Below, piece after piece: positions 19,585 to 29,012 of a stretch of 64,000 nt of DNA. The notes under the pieces were generated by a model that saw nothing but the letters and a program-made list of their open reading frames with translations, was not told the origin of the DNA and ran no database searches. Both the position numbers and the translations under genes were made by a program. Source of the stretch: Syntrophorhabdaceae bacterium. Lineage in GTDB: Bacteria > Desulfobacterota > Syntrophorhabdia > Syntrophorhabdales > Syntrophorhabdaceae. The DNA lies in contig OY762209.1 of the NCBI GenBank assembly GCA_963665295.1, forward strand, positions 448,001 through 512,000. Reading direction: 5' to 3'. Each line of letters begins with the position of its first letter. The first letter of the stretch is position 1.

Positions 19585-20800
19585 TACCTTCCTCTGCTAT
19601 CTTGACGCGGGCGACAGTGACGCGGGACTACCTCTCGATGTCGAGATCCTCGACGACTATTTTGAGTCGGCGATCGCACGGTATGAATATATCGGCAGAA
19701 ATGGCGCGGACCTCGAAAACATGGGAGAAAAAGCCCATGTCGTAAGAATTCGCTGTTACTTTCTCAACGAGAACTACGAGTTGCATAAGGGACTGATCAA
19801 CTATCTCAGAGCCACGGCAACCGAGCACGAACTGATGCACCCGGAATATGGCCTGATAAAAGGCCAGATCGAATCCGTGATCGTCCATCACAATGACCGA
19901 AAGGCTACCGCTGAAATTGACCTTACGTTTGTCGAGCAGATGAGCGGCATCATCGAACCGGTTCAAGCGGTGTCGGTGGATCAGGACATGGAAGATCAGT
20001 TCGAGCAAGGCGTGTCGGACCTCACGGAAAAGCTGAGTTGGCTCGACAAGATAAACAATGCGACGGCCCAGGGGCGGGCGGCGATGAGGGCGGTAGACAA
20101 ATATGTAAAGCTCCTCCAGGGGACGCTTAACCAGATCGCAAATCCGGCGAATTCCCTGACAGCCATGATCAATTACGGCACCAACCTGCCCGGGACCGTG
20201 ATGTCGGCCCTCGCCCATTGCGCGGAGAGATATGCGCTCCTGTACAATACGGCGGCCAATTCTCCGAACCGGTTCATGACGAGCCTCACGGCGGGGCTGG
20301 CGGAACTGGAAAACGCATCCGGGATATACAGGGGCTATACAAAAGTCCATACGGCACAACGGATGTGCCTTGAGTTGTCTTATGCACTCAAAACGGACAA
20401 AACAGCGGCTCTCGCCCAAAAAGGGGAACGGCTCACAAAGGCGTTCGATGAGCGGGGCCGTTTCGTCAAAAACCCTGCCACCCTGGATAAGCCTCTGACC
20501 GTGGATGAGCTTGAAAGCCTGCTCGCCCTCGTGAGGGGGAAAATCCAGGAAGCAGTGGATGAGGCGAGGGACATGCAGAGTCTTAAAAATATGGCTCAAA
20601 TACTGACAGACCATGTGGCCTCCACGAAAAAGGACCGGCCTAAAGTGATCACTATTTCGGTGGACCCGCCCATGCCGCTCCACCTCGTATGTCTCAAATA
20701 CGGGATGAGCTATGAGGACGCAGAACAGATAATGGCACTCAACAAGAATGTCAAAAACCCGTCATTTATGTCGGGGGAGGTGAAGATTTATGCGGGATAA
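19574..20800 (+). CDS. DNA circularisation protein (Mu gpN/gp43-like)
   Basis: YEY.GR.GA..E..G, L.HP.YG, C-terminal L.AL.N..V.NP.F. Confidence 0.85.
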   Translation: MADDTFLCYLDAGDSDAGLPLDVEILDDYFESAIARYEYIGRNGADLENMGEKAHVVRIRCYFLNENYELHKGLINYLRATATEHELMHPEYGLIKGQIESVIVHHNDRKATAEIDLTFVEQMSGIIEPVQAVSVDQDMEDQFEQGVSDLTEKLSWLDKINNATAQGRAAMRAVDKYVKLLQGTLNQIANPANSLTAMINYGTNLPGTVMSALAHCAERYALLYNTAANSPNRFMTSLTAGLAELENASGIYRGYTKVHTAQRMCLELSYALKTDKTAALAQKGERLTKAFDERGRFVKNPATLDKPLTVDELESLLALVRGKIQEAVDEARDMQSLKNMAQILTDHVASTKKDRPKVITISVDPPMPLHLVCLKYGMSYEDAEQIMALNKNVKNPSFMSGEVKIYAG

Positions 20801-21848
20801 AGTGTATTTGCAGGTAAACGGCCGAAAGATAGAGAGCTTTCTCAGCTATCGAATAGAGGCTGATATCTATACAGCCGACGATGCGTTCAGTTTCGATATT
20901 CCGAAGCCAGGAATGACCATAAAGCCGGGGATGGATTGCGAACTATGGGTGAACGATAAGCCTGAACTTACGGGGATCATAGACCGCATAGTAACGAAAG
21001 ACAGCAAGTCGGGCGTCGAGGTGAGAATCGAGGGCAGAGACCTTATGGGTCTCGTGGTAGATTCGTATTGCATTGAGTTCTTTGATCTTCGGAAGATGAC
21101 CCTCAAGGAACTTGCGGAACGTTTGCTCAAAAACATCCCCTATATAAATCGCAAAGATATCATATATCAGGAAAACGTCGCCGGGCATCTAAAGCGAACT
21201 CAGGTCGCAAACGCGGTGCTCGCCATGCCGCAAGAATTTGCCCATATAACTCCGGGCGCAACCGTTTTCGAGGTATTGAAGACATATGCGATGAGTAGGG
21301 GCGTCATGTTTTTTTCTCTTCCTGATGGCACTTTCGTCTTTGGAAGACCGGAGGCTAAGGCAAAACCGCAATTCACCTTCATCAACAAGAGGAGTGACCC
21401 CAAAGGCAACAATGTGATTGAAGGGGTGCTCGACAGAAACATCAGTAAAAGATACTCGGAAATTAGGTTCTACGGACAGCCCCAGGGAACGGATATAAAT
21501 GGCATGCCGGTCATAAACGCCCCGCCACTTCGTCTTGATGATCGTAATTTCGCATGGCCTTTCTATAAACCGTTTACGGCGGAAGATAACAACGATGCAC
21601 AAGGACTTATGCTGCACGCACAGCTTCTCATGGACAGGATGCGCTTCGAGAGCTTCCAACTTCACTACAGGGTTTCCCGGCACAGCCAAAACAACAAGAA
21701 TTATGAAATCAACAAAATAGCCCGTGTCGTGGACGAGACAAGGGGTCTCGACGGGGATTACCTCATCTATGGAAGGACGTTCGAAATGTCCCGCCAGGGA
21801 GTATTTACCATGCTCAAACTCTCGTACCCGGGGATGGTGATAGGATGA
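20790..21848 (+). CDS. Baseplate hub protein (Mu gpP/gp44-like)
   Basis: AD.FSF...G.ID...GRD.MG..VD, PG.TVFE.L, RYSE motifs. Confidence 0.88.
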   Translation: MRDKVYLQVNGRKIESFLSYRIEADIYTADDAFSFDIPKPGMTIKPGMDCELWVNDKPELTGIIDRIVTKDSKSGVEVRIEGRDLMGLVVDSYCIEFFDLRKMTLKELAERLLKNIPYINRKDIIYQENVAGHLKRTQVANAVLAMPQEFAHITPGATVFEVLKTYAMSRGVMFFSLPDGTFVFGRPEAKAKPQFTFINKRSDPKGNNVIEGVLDRNISKRYSEIRFYGQPQGTDINGMPVINAPPLRLDDRNFAWPFYKPFTAEDNNDAQGLMLHAQLLMDRMRFESFQLHYRVSRHSQNNKNYEINKIARVVDETRGLDGDYLIYGRTFEMSRQGVFTMLKLSYPGMVIG

Positions 21849-22339
21849 TACGGTGCCTGATCAGCGCGGTTGTGGAGGGAGTGATAAAGCGGTTTTCGGC
21901 CTCGGGAAGAGTTGACGAAACCTTTGAGAGCCGTGAGTATTTCCAGCATTACGGCTTTACCTCCAGGCCCAAGGCCAATGCGGAAGGCATTATCATCAAC
22001 GCGGGTAACCACTACATAATGATCGCCTCCGATGACCGGAGGTACCGGATCGCGCTGGAGGACGGCGAGGCGGCGCTCTATGACGACCTCGGACAGCGGG
22101 TGCATCTGACCCGTCACGGCATCGAGGCGGTGAGCCCTATGAAAATAAGCGCCACGGCACCCCTGGTGGAGGTGATCGCGTCGGAAAAAGTCACGTTTAC
22201 CACACCCCTTGTGGAGATCTCCGGCGACCTTGAGGTTGCGGGCGATGTCAGTGACGGCGTCCGGACCATGGCGGCGGACAGGGCGATCTATAACGGCCAC
22301 AGGCACGGCGGATCGCCGGAGCCCGACGCGGAAATGTGA
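21845..22339 (+). CDS. Baseplate spike (Mu gpQ/gp45-like)
   Basis: E..QHYGFTS.P, D.RYR..L..GE.ALYD..G, C-terminal YNGHRH. Confidence 0.9.
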   Translation: MIRCLISAVVEGVIKRFSASGRVDETFESREYFQHYGFTSRPKANAEGIIINAGNHYIMIASDDRRYRIALEDGEAALYDDLGQRVHLTRHGIEAVSPMKISATAPLVEVIASEKVTFTTPLVEISGDLEVAGDVSDGVRTMAADRAIYNGHRHGGSPEPDAEM

Positions 22340-22347
22340 GGATATCC

Positions 22348-22719
22348 ATGGATTTTGCAATAGTAATGGGAATAGACGGCAAAACAGGGCAGATGACGTT
22401 TGACGCGAGCGAGAACGGGAACCTCATGAACAACGTGTGGCTCTCGCTCTCCGTTGAAAAGGGGTCCTTTTTTCAGAATACCGACTTCGGGTTGAGACGG
22501 AGGGCGAGGCTTAAAAACACGGAAGCCACGGCGGCGCTCATCGTGGAGGATTACAAATCGGCCCTTCAATGGCTCATTGATACGGGCAAGGCGGTCGCCA
22601 TCGACGTCACGGCGGAGAGAGACAAGACACAGGACATCCACAGGCTCAAGATGGCCGTGGAAGTGACCCCCGAAAAGGGCGACAAGATCGTGTTCACGCG
22701 GTTCGAGGAGGTGGTGTAA
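22348..22719 (+). CDS. Baseplate wedge protein (Mu gp46-like)
   Basis: G.F......G..., Y..ALQWLID.G.A..I.V..ER. Confidence 0.8.
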   Translation: MDFAIVMGIDGKTGQMTFDASENGNLMNNVWLSLSVEKGSFFQNTDFGLRRRARLKNTEATAALIVEDYKSALQWLIDTGKAVAIDVTAERDKTQDIHRLKMAVEVTPEKGDKIVFTRFEEVV

Positions 22720-23529
22720 ATGGCGAGTTCCGCCGACTTTCAAAAGGGGTTTGACGAGTTGCTCGACAACATACTTACGGATTACCGCAACCAGGAACTC
22801 AAGGACGAAAAGGGCGACACAATCGCGGTGGACACGTCGCAGGGCACCCTGATATTCATCAAGTCGGCGTGCATGGCGAGCGCGTTGTGGGGGCTTTACA
22901 ACTATCAACGCTGGATATCGGATCAGATATTTCCCGACGTGGCGGACACGGAAAACCTTGAGCACCACGCCTATATCTGGTCCATCACCCGGACATACGG
23001 AGAGACGGACTCGTCCCTCCTTGCAAGGCTCCTCGACCGCATCCAGCGTCCCCCGGCAGGGGGGAACAAATACGACTATGTGAAGTGGGCGCTGGAGGTG
23101 GACAACGTGCAGGCCGCATATTGCCTGCCCAGCGGACAGGGCATCGGGACGGTTGACGTGATCATTCTCGCCAATGAGGCCACCACGGGATCAGAGGTGC
23201 CCGATCAGACGCTCATCGACGCGGTGAAGGCCCATATAGACGATGTCCGGCCCGTCACCGCGAAGGCGGCGTTCGTGCGCGGACCCGTGATCGTCACCCA
23301 GGGAGTGACGGTTGTAATGGCGGGAGACGATGCGGACCCGGAGACGGCCGACACAGAGATCACGGCATACCTCAATGCCCTGGAGCCCGGCCAGACGCTC
23401 TACCGGTCGCAGATCATAGCGATCGGCATGAGCAACGGGGCAACAAACGTGACGGTGAGCGCGCCCGCCGCCGACGTTACCGTGCAGCCTTATGAGATGA
23501 TCCGCGCGGGGGTGGTCAGTGTCGCATAA
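22720..23529 (+). CDS. Baseplate J-like protein (Mu gp47-like)
   Basis: QIFPD.AD.E.L..HA, ETD..L..R...P.AGG...DY..WA, G.GTV.V, RPVTA. Confidence 0.9.
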   Translation: MASSADFQKGFDELLDNILTDYRNQELKDEKGDTIAVDTSQGTLIFIKSACMASALWGLYNYQRWISDQIFPDVADTENLEHHAYIWSITRTYGETDSSLLARLLDRIQRPPAGGNKYDYVKWALEVDNVQAAYCLPSGQGIGTVDVIILANEATTGSEVPDQTLIDAVKAHIDDVRPVTAKAAFVRGPVIVTQGVTVVMAGDDADPETADTEITAYLNALEPGQTLYRSQIIAIGMSNGATNVTVSAPAADVTVQPYEMIRAGVVSVA

Positions 23530-24124
23530 AGACGTGCTGAAGCTCCTCTTTCCCGCCGATTTGGGCGGGGCCTTCGACGCCGATCTCGACATCGAGGGGG
23601 CGCACCTGGATACCGTTCAGGCGGACGCGGATATACTGCATCAGGAGGTATATCCGGATCAGACGACCCTCCTGCTCCATGCGTGGGAGCGGGTATGCGG
23701 GCTCAGCCCGTCGGCGGGAGAACCGGTGGAATCGAGGCGGGCGAAGGTCCTAAAGCAGCTCACCAGACTCGGCGGCTTGAGCGTGCCTTATTTCGTGTCG
23801 ATCGCCAATGACCTGGGATACGGCATCGTGATCGAGGAGCTATCCGCGTTCATGTCCGGATGGAGCGCCGCGGCGGACATGACCAATGCGGTCCGGTCGA
23901 TGGCGGGGGCCTTCGTGGCGGGGTCGGGGCTTACGTCGTTTCAGGACGTGCTTTTCACGTGGCGCGTGTGGGTCACCGTGGCGAGTCTCTACCGGATGAG
24001 CGCGGGGGTGGGAGCGGCGGGGGACCGGCTCATGTATTTCACCGGCTCTCCGGAGGTGGAGGCCGCGCTCCAGGATTTGAAACCGGCGCACACCCTGTTG
24101 ATGTTCGCCTACCGCGAAAATTAA
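23519..24124 (+). CDS. YmfQ/Mu gp48-like baseplate protein
   Basis: LL..WERVCGL, GGLS.PYF...A..LGY, KPAHT motif. Confidence 0.9.
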   Translation: MSHKDVLKLLFPADLGGAFDADLDIEGAHLDTVQADADILHQEVYPDQTTLLLHAWERVCGLSPSAGEPVESRRAKVLKQLTRLGGLSVPYFVSIANDLGYGIVIEELSAFMSGWSAAADMTNAVRSMAGAFVAGSGLTSFQDVLFTWRVWVTVASLYRMSAGVGAAGDRLMYFTGSPEVEAALQDLKPAHTLLMFAYREN

Positions 24125-24143
24125 ACGATATCAAGGAGGCCAC

Positions 24144-24533
24144 ATGGCAAAGATTGAATTTGTAAACGGCGACCCGGCGCACGGGGTGCTGGGCACGGTG
24201 GTGACCGCGGAGTTTCTAAACGCCCTGGGGATATCGCCGCTCATTACCAACCCCATCAGGACGGCGACAATAAGCGGCAGCGTGGATAAGGACGCGGACT
24301 TTATGATACTGGTGGACTGCTCGGCTGGGCCGGTGAATCTGGCCCTCCCGGCAATAGCGGACGTGCAGAGCATGAGGAGGTTCAAGTTTAAGAAGACCGA
24401 CGCCACGGCCAACGTCGTGACTATCACGCCGTCCGGAGCGGAGACCATAGACGGAGAGGCAAATGTACAACTGATTCTCAAAAATGAAAAAGTAGAGATC
24501 GCCAGCGACGGGACCGGCTGGCAAAACATATGA
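24144..24533 (+). CDS. Short tail-fibre/adaptor protein
   Basis: F.NGDP..G..GT.V.AE.LNA N-terminus; LP.......F.FKK.D....V.I..SG.ETIDG...SDG..W domain. Confidence 0.7.
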   Translation: MAKIEFVNGDPAHGVLGTVVTAEFLNALGISPLITNPIRTATISGSVDKDADFMILVDCSAGPVNLALPAIADVQSMRRFKFKKTDATANVVTITPSGAETIDGEANVQLILKNEKVEIASDGTGWQNI

Positions 24534-24546
24534 GGAGGATATATCT

Positions 24547-26379
24547 ATGAAACTGTTTACCAGTATTACCCGGTATTTTGCGCTGACCGCCATGGCGCTG
24601 GCCTTAGTCATGCCATTTTGCCCCGGGATCACCCATGGGGCGACCACGGTCACGGCCGACCTCATCACCATCGGCCCCTGGGTAGATTCCAGGGCCTATG
24701 CGACGATAAACGCGGCAGAGGCGGCGGCATATGCGGCGGGAAAGACCTTGAAAGTATTCGTGCCCCAGGTTCTCGCGGCGAGCCTCACGGTGAGGTGCGC
24801 CCTCGACATCGAACCCGGGGGGAAGATCATCAAGGCGTCGGGGTACACCCTTACCGTCAACGGCCCATTCAGGGCTCCGGATCAGCAGGTATTCCAGGGC
24901 TTCGGGGTGGCCGACATCACTTTCGGCGCGGCCGCGATCACCGAGGGTGTGCGGGTCAACTGGTTCGCCACAAACACGACACAGGGCACGACGGACATGG
25001 CGGACGCGGTCCACGCGGCGATCAACGCGGCGGCGGGACGCCTGGTCCTCTTCGGGATAGGCGAGTACCGCATGACCTCTTCCCTCGACCACAATGTGAC
25101 GGCCACGGAGATCAGGGTCCGGGGCGCGGTGCCCGCCTATATCACCCACGGCGTGGTGAAGACCGCCTATGCGTACTCGTCGGACTATACCCCCGCGAGC
25201 ATCGACATCCCTTCGGGGCGGTTCACCGTGATTCAGATGGACGGCGCGAACCTCATAGGCGCGGATGATACCGCGTCCCTCGGGTCGTCGGGCAAGCTCA
25301 AATACCTCGGGAATATCTTCGCCTACGGCAACAACAACGCCAAGGTGGGCGTCTACGCCCAGCCCTACGATACAGTGATCGAGGACTCCCACTTTGCTTT
25401 GTTCAAGAACTTCGGCATCCTGTTACGAAGCGGCATGACCGGCTCGATCAGGAGGGTCGGGTTCGCGGACAACGGCTGGGGGCTCGCCGAGTCGGGCACG
25501 CCTGTATATCCCTATTCATACATTTCCGGATGTCAGTACAGAGTGATATCGAACCTGACAGCGGGCGATTACACGACCATCGACCCTGCGTCCCGGGCGA
25601 CCACGCTCAGCACGGACACCACGTTTTTCAGCACCCGGGGGCACACGGCGCAGAATATGTCCGGGTATCGCGGAGCGCAAATCTCCGGGCTCATATCGGG
25701 AACCATGAAGGACATGCAGGGCTACACCGCATCAATCTACATGGCGGCGGCGGTCGCTATCGAGGGGCCACACATTGAGAACTACAGCTACCACGGCCTC
25801 ACGGCCTCCGACTCTCTGCCGTACTGCATCTACAGTGTCAATAGCTCCCTGTCGGTGAGCGCGGGACTGCTCAGTAATGCGACGGTAACCACGCAGCCGG
25901 TGATCTATCAGTCTCCCGACGGGACAAACACGCTCCACAGCGCCGTTTCCACCACGCAGGACGGTCTGGGGCTTAAGAGCGCCGTGATCCGCTCCGAGAA
26001 GGTCGTATCCGTTACCGTGGGCGCGCCAGGAACGGCCCCCACATACAGCCTGTTCCCCAACCTGTTCAATGACGCGGAGGGGTTCACCGGGCTCGTTGTC
26101 GTGACTATAACAAGCGGCAACGATAATGCCAATTACGCCACGGCGACGTACATGGTCCACAGACACCTCGCGTCCGGGGTCCTGAAAGTCCCCACGGGCC
26201 TGCAACTCTACGAGTATCACAGCGGTACCGGCGCGTACCTCGCCCAGGTCACCAACATAGTCCCCAACAGCACCGCGGGCCTCGACATCACCATCGACTG
26301 GGGGGCGTCCTGGGGAGCGGCGGATACGTGGTGGGTGTCGGCAGGCGCGCTGGGGAGCACGTCAATAAGCAGCCCATAA
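24547..26379 (+). CDS. Tailspike/depolymerase-like beta-helix protein with signal-peptide-like N-terminus
   Basis: V.WF....TTD...A..AAI.AA....V.F..G.Y motif typical of pectate-lyase-like tailspikes; hydrophobic leader; last gene of the prophage. Confidence 0.65.
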   Translation: MKLFTSITRYFALTAMALALVMPFCPGITHGATTVTADLITIGPWVDSRAYATINAAEAAAYAAGKTLKVFVPQVLAASLTVRCALDIEPGGKIIKASGYTLTVNGPFRAPDQQVFQGFGVADITFGAAAITEGVRVNWFATNTTQGTTDMADAVHAAINAAAGRLVLFGIGEYRMTSSLDHNVTATEIRVRGAVPAYITHGVVKTAYAYSSDYTPASIDIPSGRFTVIQMDGANLIGADDTASLGSSGKLKYLGNIFAYGNNNAKVGVYAQPYDTVIEDSHFALFKNFGILLRSGMTGSIRRVGFADNGWGLAESGTPVYPYSYISGCQYRVISNLTAGDYTTIDPASRATTLSTDTTFFSTRGHTAQNMSGYRGAQISGLISGTMKDMQGYTASIYMAAAVAIEGPHIENYSYHGLTASDSLPYCIYSVNSSLSVSAGLLSNATVTTQPVIYQSPDGTNTLHSAVSTTQDGLGLKSAVIRSEKVVSVTVGAPGTAPTYSLFPNLFNDAEGFTGLVVVTITSGNDNANYATATYMVHRHLASGVLKVPTGLQLYEYHSGTGAYLAQVTNIVPNSTAGLDITIDWGASWGAADTWWVSAGALGSTSISSP

Positions 26380-26400
26380 GCTGAGGTCAAAAAAAGGATC

Positions 26401-26430
26401 GGCCACCGGCGAAAACCGGTGGCCTTTTTC
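26401..26430 (+). terminator. Intrinsic terminator of the late operon
   Basis: GGCCACCGG-CGAAAA-CCGGTGGCC followed by TTTTT. Confidence 0.85.
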
Positions 26431-26447
26431 GGTCACTCCCAGACCCT

Positions 26448-26513
26448 CAAATATCTATCATTCAAATGCAATTGTCTAACACCCAAGTGCAACTATTCTG
26501 CAAATGTTTCACA
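26448..26513 (+). repeat. Putative Mu-type right end with transposase-binding repeats
   Basis: CAAATGCAATT (26463), CAAGTGCAACT (26484), CAAATGTTTCACA (26501), ending in CA. Confidence 0.55.
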
Positions 26514-26514
26514 T

Positions 26515-26606
26515 TTTTTGCTCCATTTACTTACGGCATACAGGCGGCGAAGGATATTAGGTTGTCCAATATTGCGAGAGTCCTTAATGAGTCCATACCA
26601 CTCATC
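26515..26606 (+). pseudogene. Fragment of a DDE (IS4-like) transposase N-terminus
   Basis: FLLHLL then a frameshift to YGIQAAKDIRLSNIARVLNESIPLI, resembling the YGIQA..D..LS.IAR.L.E.I.L N-terminal transposase motif; truncated on both sides. Confidence 0.55.
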
Positions 26607-26680
26607 ACAATACCGTTGGAGCAAAGGTCCAATGGTGGGGGTGAAGCTCTGAAGTGGCCGATTAAACAGGATTTCTAAAG

Positions 26681-26723
26681 TGCGCCCAGCAGGAATCGAA
26701 CCTGCAACCTTTGGATTCGAAGT
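26681..26723 (-). tRNA. 3' half of tRNA-Arg(UCG); displaced attachment-site fragment, not a full tRNA
   Basis: Minus strand reads ACTTCGAA-TCCAA-AGGTT-GCAGG-TTCGATT-CCTGC-TGGGCGC-A: anticodon loop, T-arm and acceptor 3' strand. The 5' half is absent. Confidence 0.85.
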
Positions 26724-26860
26724 TCTGACTTCAAACTAAAATCCCCTGTAATTTCGAACTTATAGCAAATGTAATATCTGCATTGTCTGTCTGTAGTTTC
26801 TTTATTTACAAGGCATCGTATTTGGTCATTTCCCCACAATTCCCCCAAAGGAGGTTTATC

Positions 26861-27007
26861 ATGAACGAGATATTAGAGGTTACCATTAAACTCAAGGAAC
26901 TGGTAGACAAAGAGGCAAAGAGGGAAAAGAATCTTCCCGAAGGACAGCCGAAGATATTCACAGAGTTTTCCAAAGACCTTCAGTTCTACATCGATGAGTT
27001 GAGTTGA
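26861..27007 (+). CDS. Small hypothetical protein
   Basis: AAGGAGG RBS before ATG 26861. Confidence 0.55.
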   Translation: MNEILEVTIKLKELVDKEAKREKNLPEGQPKIFTEFSKDLQFYIDELS

Positions 27008-27132
27008 TGACCACCAGAGAAATCATTGAGGAGACAATCAAGAAACTTAAAGAGGCTAAGACCAAGGCCAAAAACCCGAAGCCCATTGAGAGGCTTATAG
27101 ATCTCCTGGAACGGATAATTGACGAGTTTTAA
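27007..27132 (+). CDS. 41-aa basic helical protein (not in the ORF track)
   Basis: TGATG overlap with the upstream gene; MTTREIIEETIKKLKEAKTKAKNPKPIERLIDLLERIIDEF. Confidence 0.5.
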   Translation: MTTREIIEETIKKLKEAKTKAKNPKPIERLIDLLERIIDEF

Positions 27133-27156
27133 AGATAGCCAGGAAGGAGGAAAACA

Positions 27157-27924
27157 ATGAAATACACGGAAGCAATCCAACGGATTGATACGGAGAAAGC
27201 TTTAACCTATCTCGGATATACGATCAAGAAGGACGGCGGCTATCTTAGATTCCCTTGCATTGATTGCGGAAGTGAAAGCGCCATCAAGTATTATGGAGAA
27301 AAGAAGAACGTCGCCTATTGTTCCACCTGCAAGGCCGGAACGAATATAATCGCAATGGCGGTTAAACTAAAAGGCATGGAGTTTCAGGAGGCCAAGAAAC
27401 TTCTGGTAGAGAAAACGGCCGCGACCGAAGAGCCTCTCCAGGAGAAACTGGGTCTTAAGTATGAGCTGGAGTATACCCTTGAAATGGAGAAGGAGGGACT
27501 CAGCAAGGAACTATGTGAGACGATAGGAGTCGGAAGGCCTAAAGGCAAGACGATGCTCTCGGGATGTATCGCCTTCACCGTCCACAATGAGGCCGGGCTA
27601 AAAATCGCTTACTACGGTATCAGAATATCTGACCGGCGTCCCAAGTTCCACCAGTCGTTTAACCCGGAACTTTACCTGTTTGCCTATCACGCCGCCGACA
27701 AGGGCGAGGAGGTTCTCGTGACGACCGACATGTTTTCCTGCGTGCGCCATTTAGCCGAAGGAAAACAGTCGGTGTGCAACTTCGGGCTCCCCTACCTTTC
27801 GACGAGGCAAATACAACTACTTTCCCCGTTTCCGCTCATAACCTTCGAATGGCTCTTTACTGACAAAAAGGACGTCATGCTCAACGTAGCGCAAAACCTC
27901 AAGGCGTATCACCGCTTTTTGTAA
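27157..27924 (+). CDS. Zinc-finger primase-like protein (DnaG N-terminal-like with degenerate TOPRIM)
   Basis: CIDC...CSTC.AG.NII....G..F.EA zinc finger; I.F..HN..G..I.Y.G and LYLF motifs; short. Confidence 0.7.
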   Translation: MKYTEAIQRIDTEKALTYLGYTIKKDGGYLRFPCIDCGSESAIKYYGEKKNVAYCSTCKAGTNIIAMAVKLKGMEFQEAKKLLVEKTAATEEPLQEKLGLKYELEYTLEMEKEGLSKELCETIGVGRPKGKTMLSGCIAFTVHNEAGLKIAYYGIRISDRRPKFHQSFNPELYLFAYHAADKGEEVLVTTDMFSCVRHLAEGKQSVCNFGLPYLSTRQIQLLSPFPLITFEWLFTDKKDVMLNVAQNLKAYHRFL

Positions 27925-27930
27925 AAGACA

Positions 27931-27966
27931 AAGGAAGCTGGATAAATTTTTCCAACTTCCTTTTTA
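27931..27966. terminator. Terminator between convergent genes
   Basis: AAGGAAG.TGGA...TCCA.CTTCCTT plus T-run. Confidence 0.6.
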
Positions 27967-27983
27967 ATTTGAAAGTTCTATTT

Positions 27984-28475
27984 CTAGCCCATCCGGTTAA
28001 AAGCAACCATCCCTGCGGCTATAGCCTCAAACATCCGGACATAGTACGGATGTTTATGCTTCTTTTCCCTCTCAAGCTCTTTTCCCAAGAACGGGTACCG
28101 GCTTGCAACCAACGAAGCTATAGACATTTTGTTGATCCTTGCTCCGGCCGATAGCTGATCCTTCAGACTGTCGAGAGAATAAAGATGAAGCATAACCCTT
28201 TCTCTGCACGCCAGGTTTGCAATTGATCTTGCCAGATAATCCAGGTTACTCGAACTTCTTGATAAATGAAGCCTTTTGAGCACAAGCAAATTGACCCTGT
28301 AACGGTTAATCAGGGTCAGAAGCGTTGACTCCACGCTTTTCATTTTCTTTAAGGACCATTTGCCCTTGAGTACTCTAACATTCCAATAGACCAGATCAGG
28401 AGCCTGAAAAACAGCGACACCCATGTATTTGGTCCCCGGATTAACGGCCAAGATGATAAGTGATTCTCTATTCAT
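27984..28475 (-). CDS. RuvC/YqgF-fold protein with altered catalytic residues
   Basis: ILAVNPGTKYMGVAVF (compare ILGIDPG), LVLKR (compare V..E), FEAIAAG (compare DA.A.A). Confidence 0.7.
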   Translation of the reverse strand: MNRESLIILAVNPGTKYMGVAVFQAPDLVYWNVRVLKGKWSLKKMKSVESTLLTLINRYRVNLLVLKRLHLSRSSSNLDYLARSIANLACRERVMLHLYSLDSLKDQLSAGARINKMSIASLVASRYPFLGKELEREKKHKHPYYVRMFEAIAAGMVAFNRMG

Positions 28476-28562
28476 GTTTTTTGCCAGATGAAAGAAGGCG
28501 AGGCGTCTTTAAGAAAATCGTTTTTCGTCACGATGTTTGCCACGATATCCAGAATTGTTGGC

Positions 28563-28859
28563 CTATTCAGGCAATAATCCCGTTCTCGCTTCCAACCGAT
28601 TTCGGCGGGCTTGAATCTCCTTTCTCAGTGCCCGCAGAAGGTCTATGTACAGAGCATCTGCCATAGTGTGGTAAAGTGCCGCCAGACGAAAGATATTCAC
28701 CGGACTTGGAAAGCGTGAACCTTGTTCCCAACGCGAGATCATTCCGGTACTTTTCACTCCCAAAAGAAGTGCTACTTGTTTTTGCGTATAGCCGCTCATC
28801 TTCCGGAATCTTCTTAGACTGTTAGGGATGACCCTGTAATTTATTTTGCCTTCCTCCAT
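28563..28859 (-). CDS. XRE-family HTH regulator
   Basis: LRRFR...GYTQKQVA.LLG....ISRWEQG.R.P. Confidence 0.9.
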   Translation of the reverse strand: MEEGKINYRVIPNSLRRFRKMSGYTQKQVALLLGVKSTGMISRWEQGSRFPSPVNIFRLAALYHTMADALYIDLLRALRKEIQARRNRLEARTGLLPE

Positions 28860-29012
28860 TTTTTTACCTCTTGTTATAGTCTAAAGATAGCATTAATCCG
28901 GATTTGCATTAAGGGAGGAATTGTTGCCTAATACGGCAAAGGCCAAATCATTTGCCTTTTCCGTATAATTTGCCCTTCTTACTTCTATTCCTTCATCTGA
29001 TAAACTCAAATC

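Larger units (their letters stand above)
1..26513 (+). mobile_element. Mu-like transposable prophage, late region and right end (left part lies outside the window)
   Basis: Gene order is Mor/C, lysis, gp25/26/27-like, terminase, portal, MuF, capsid, sheath, tube, tape measure, DNA-circularisation protein, gp44-48-like baseplate, fibre. It ends in short repeated motifs and a terminal CA at 26512-26513. Confidence 0.93.

Noticed and set aside
26681..26760. Complete tRNA-Arg gene
   Set aside because: The 5' anticodon-stem strand, D-arm and acceptor 5' strand are missing; only the att fragment is present.
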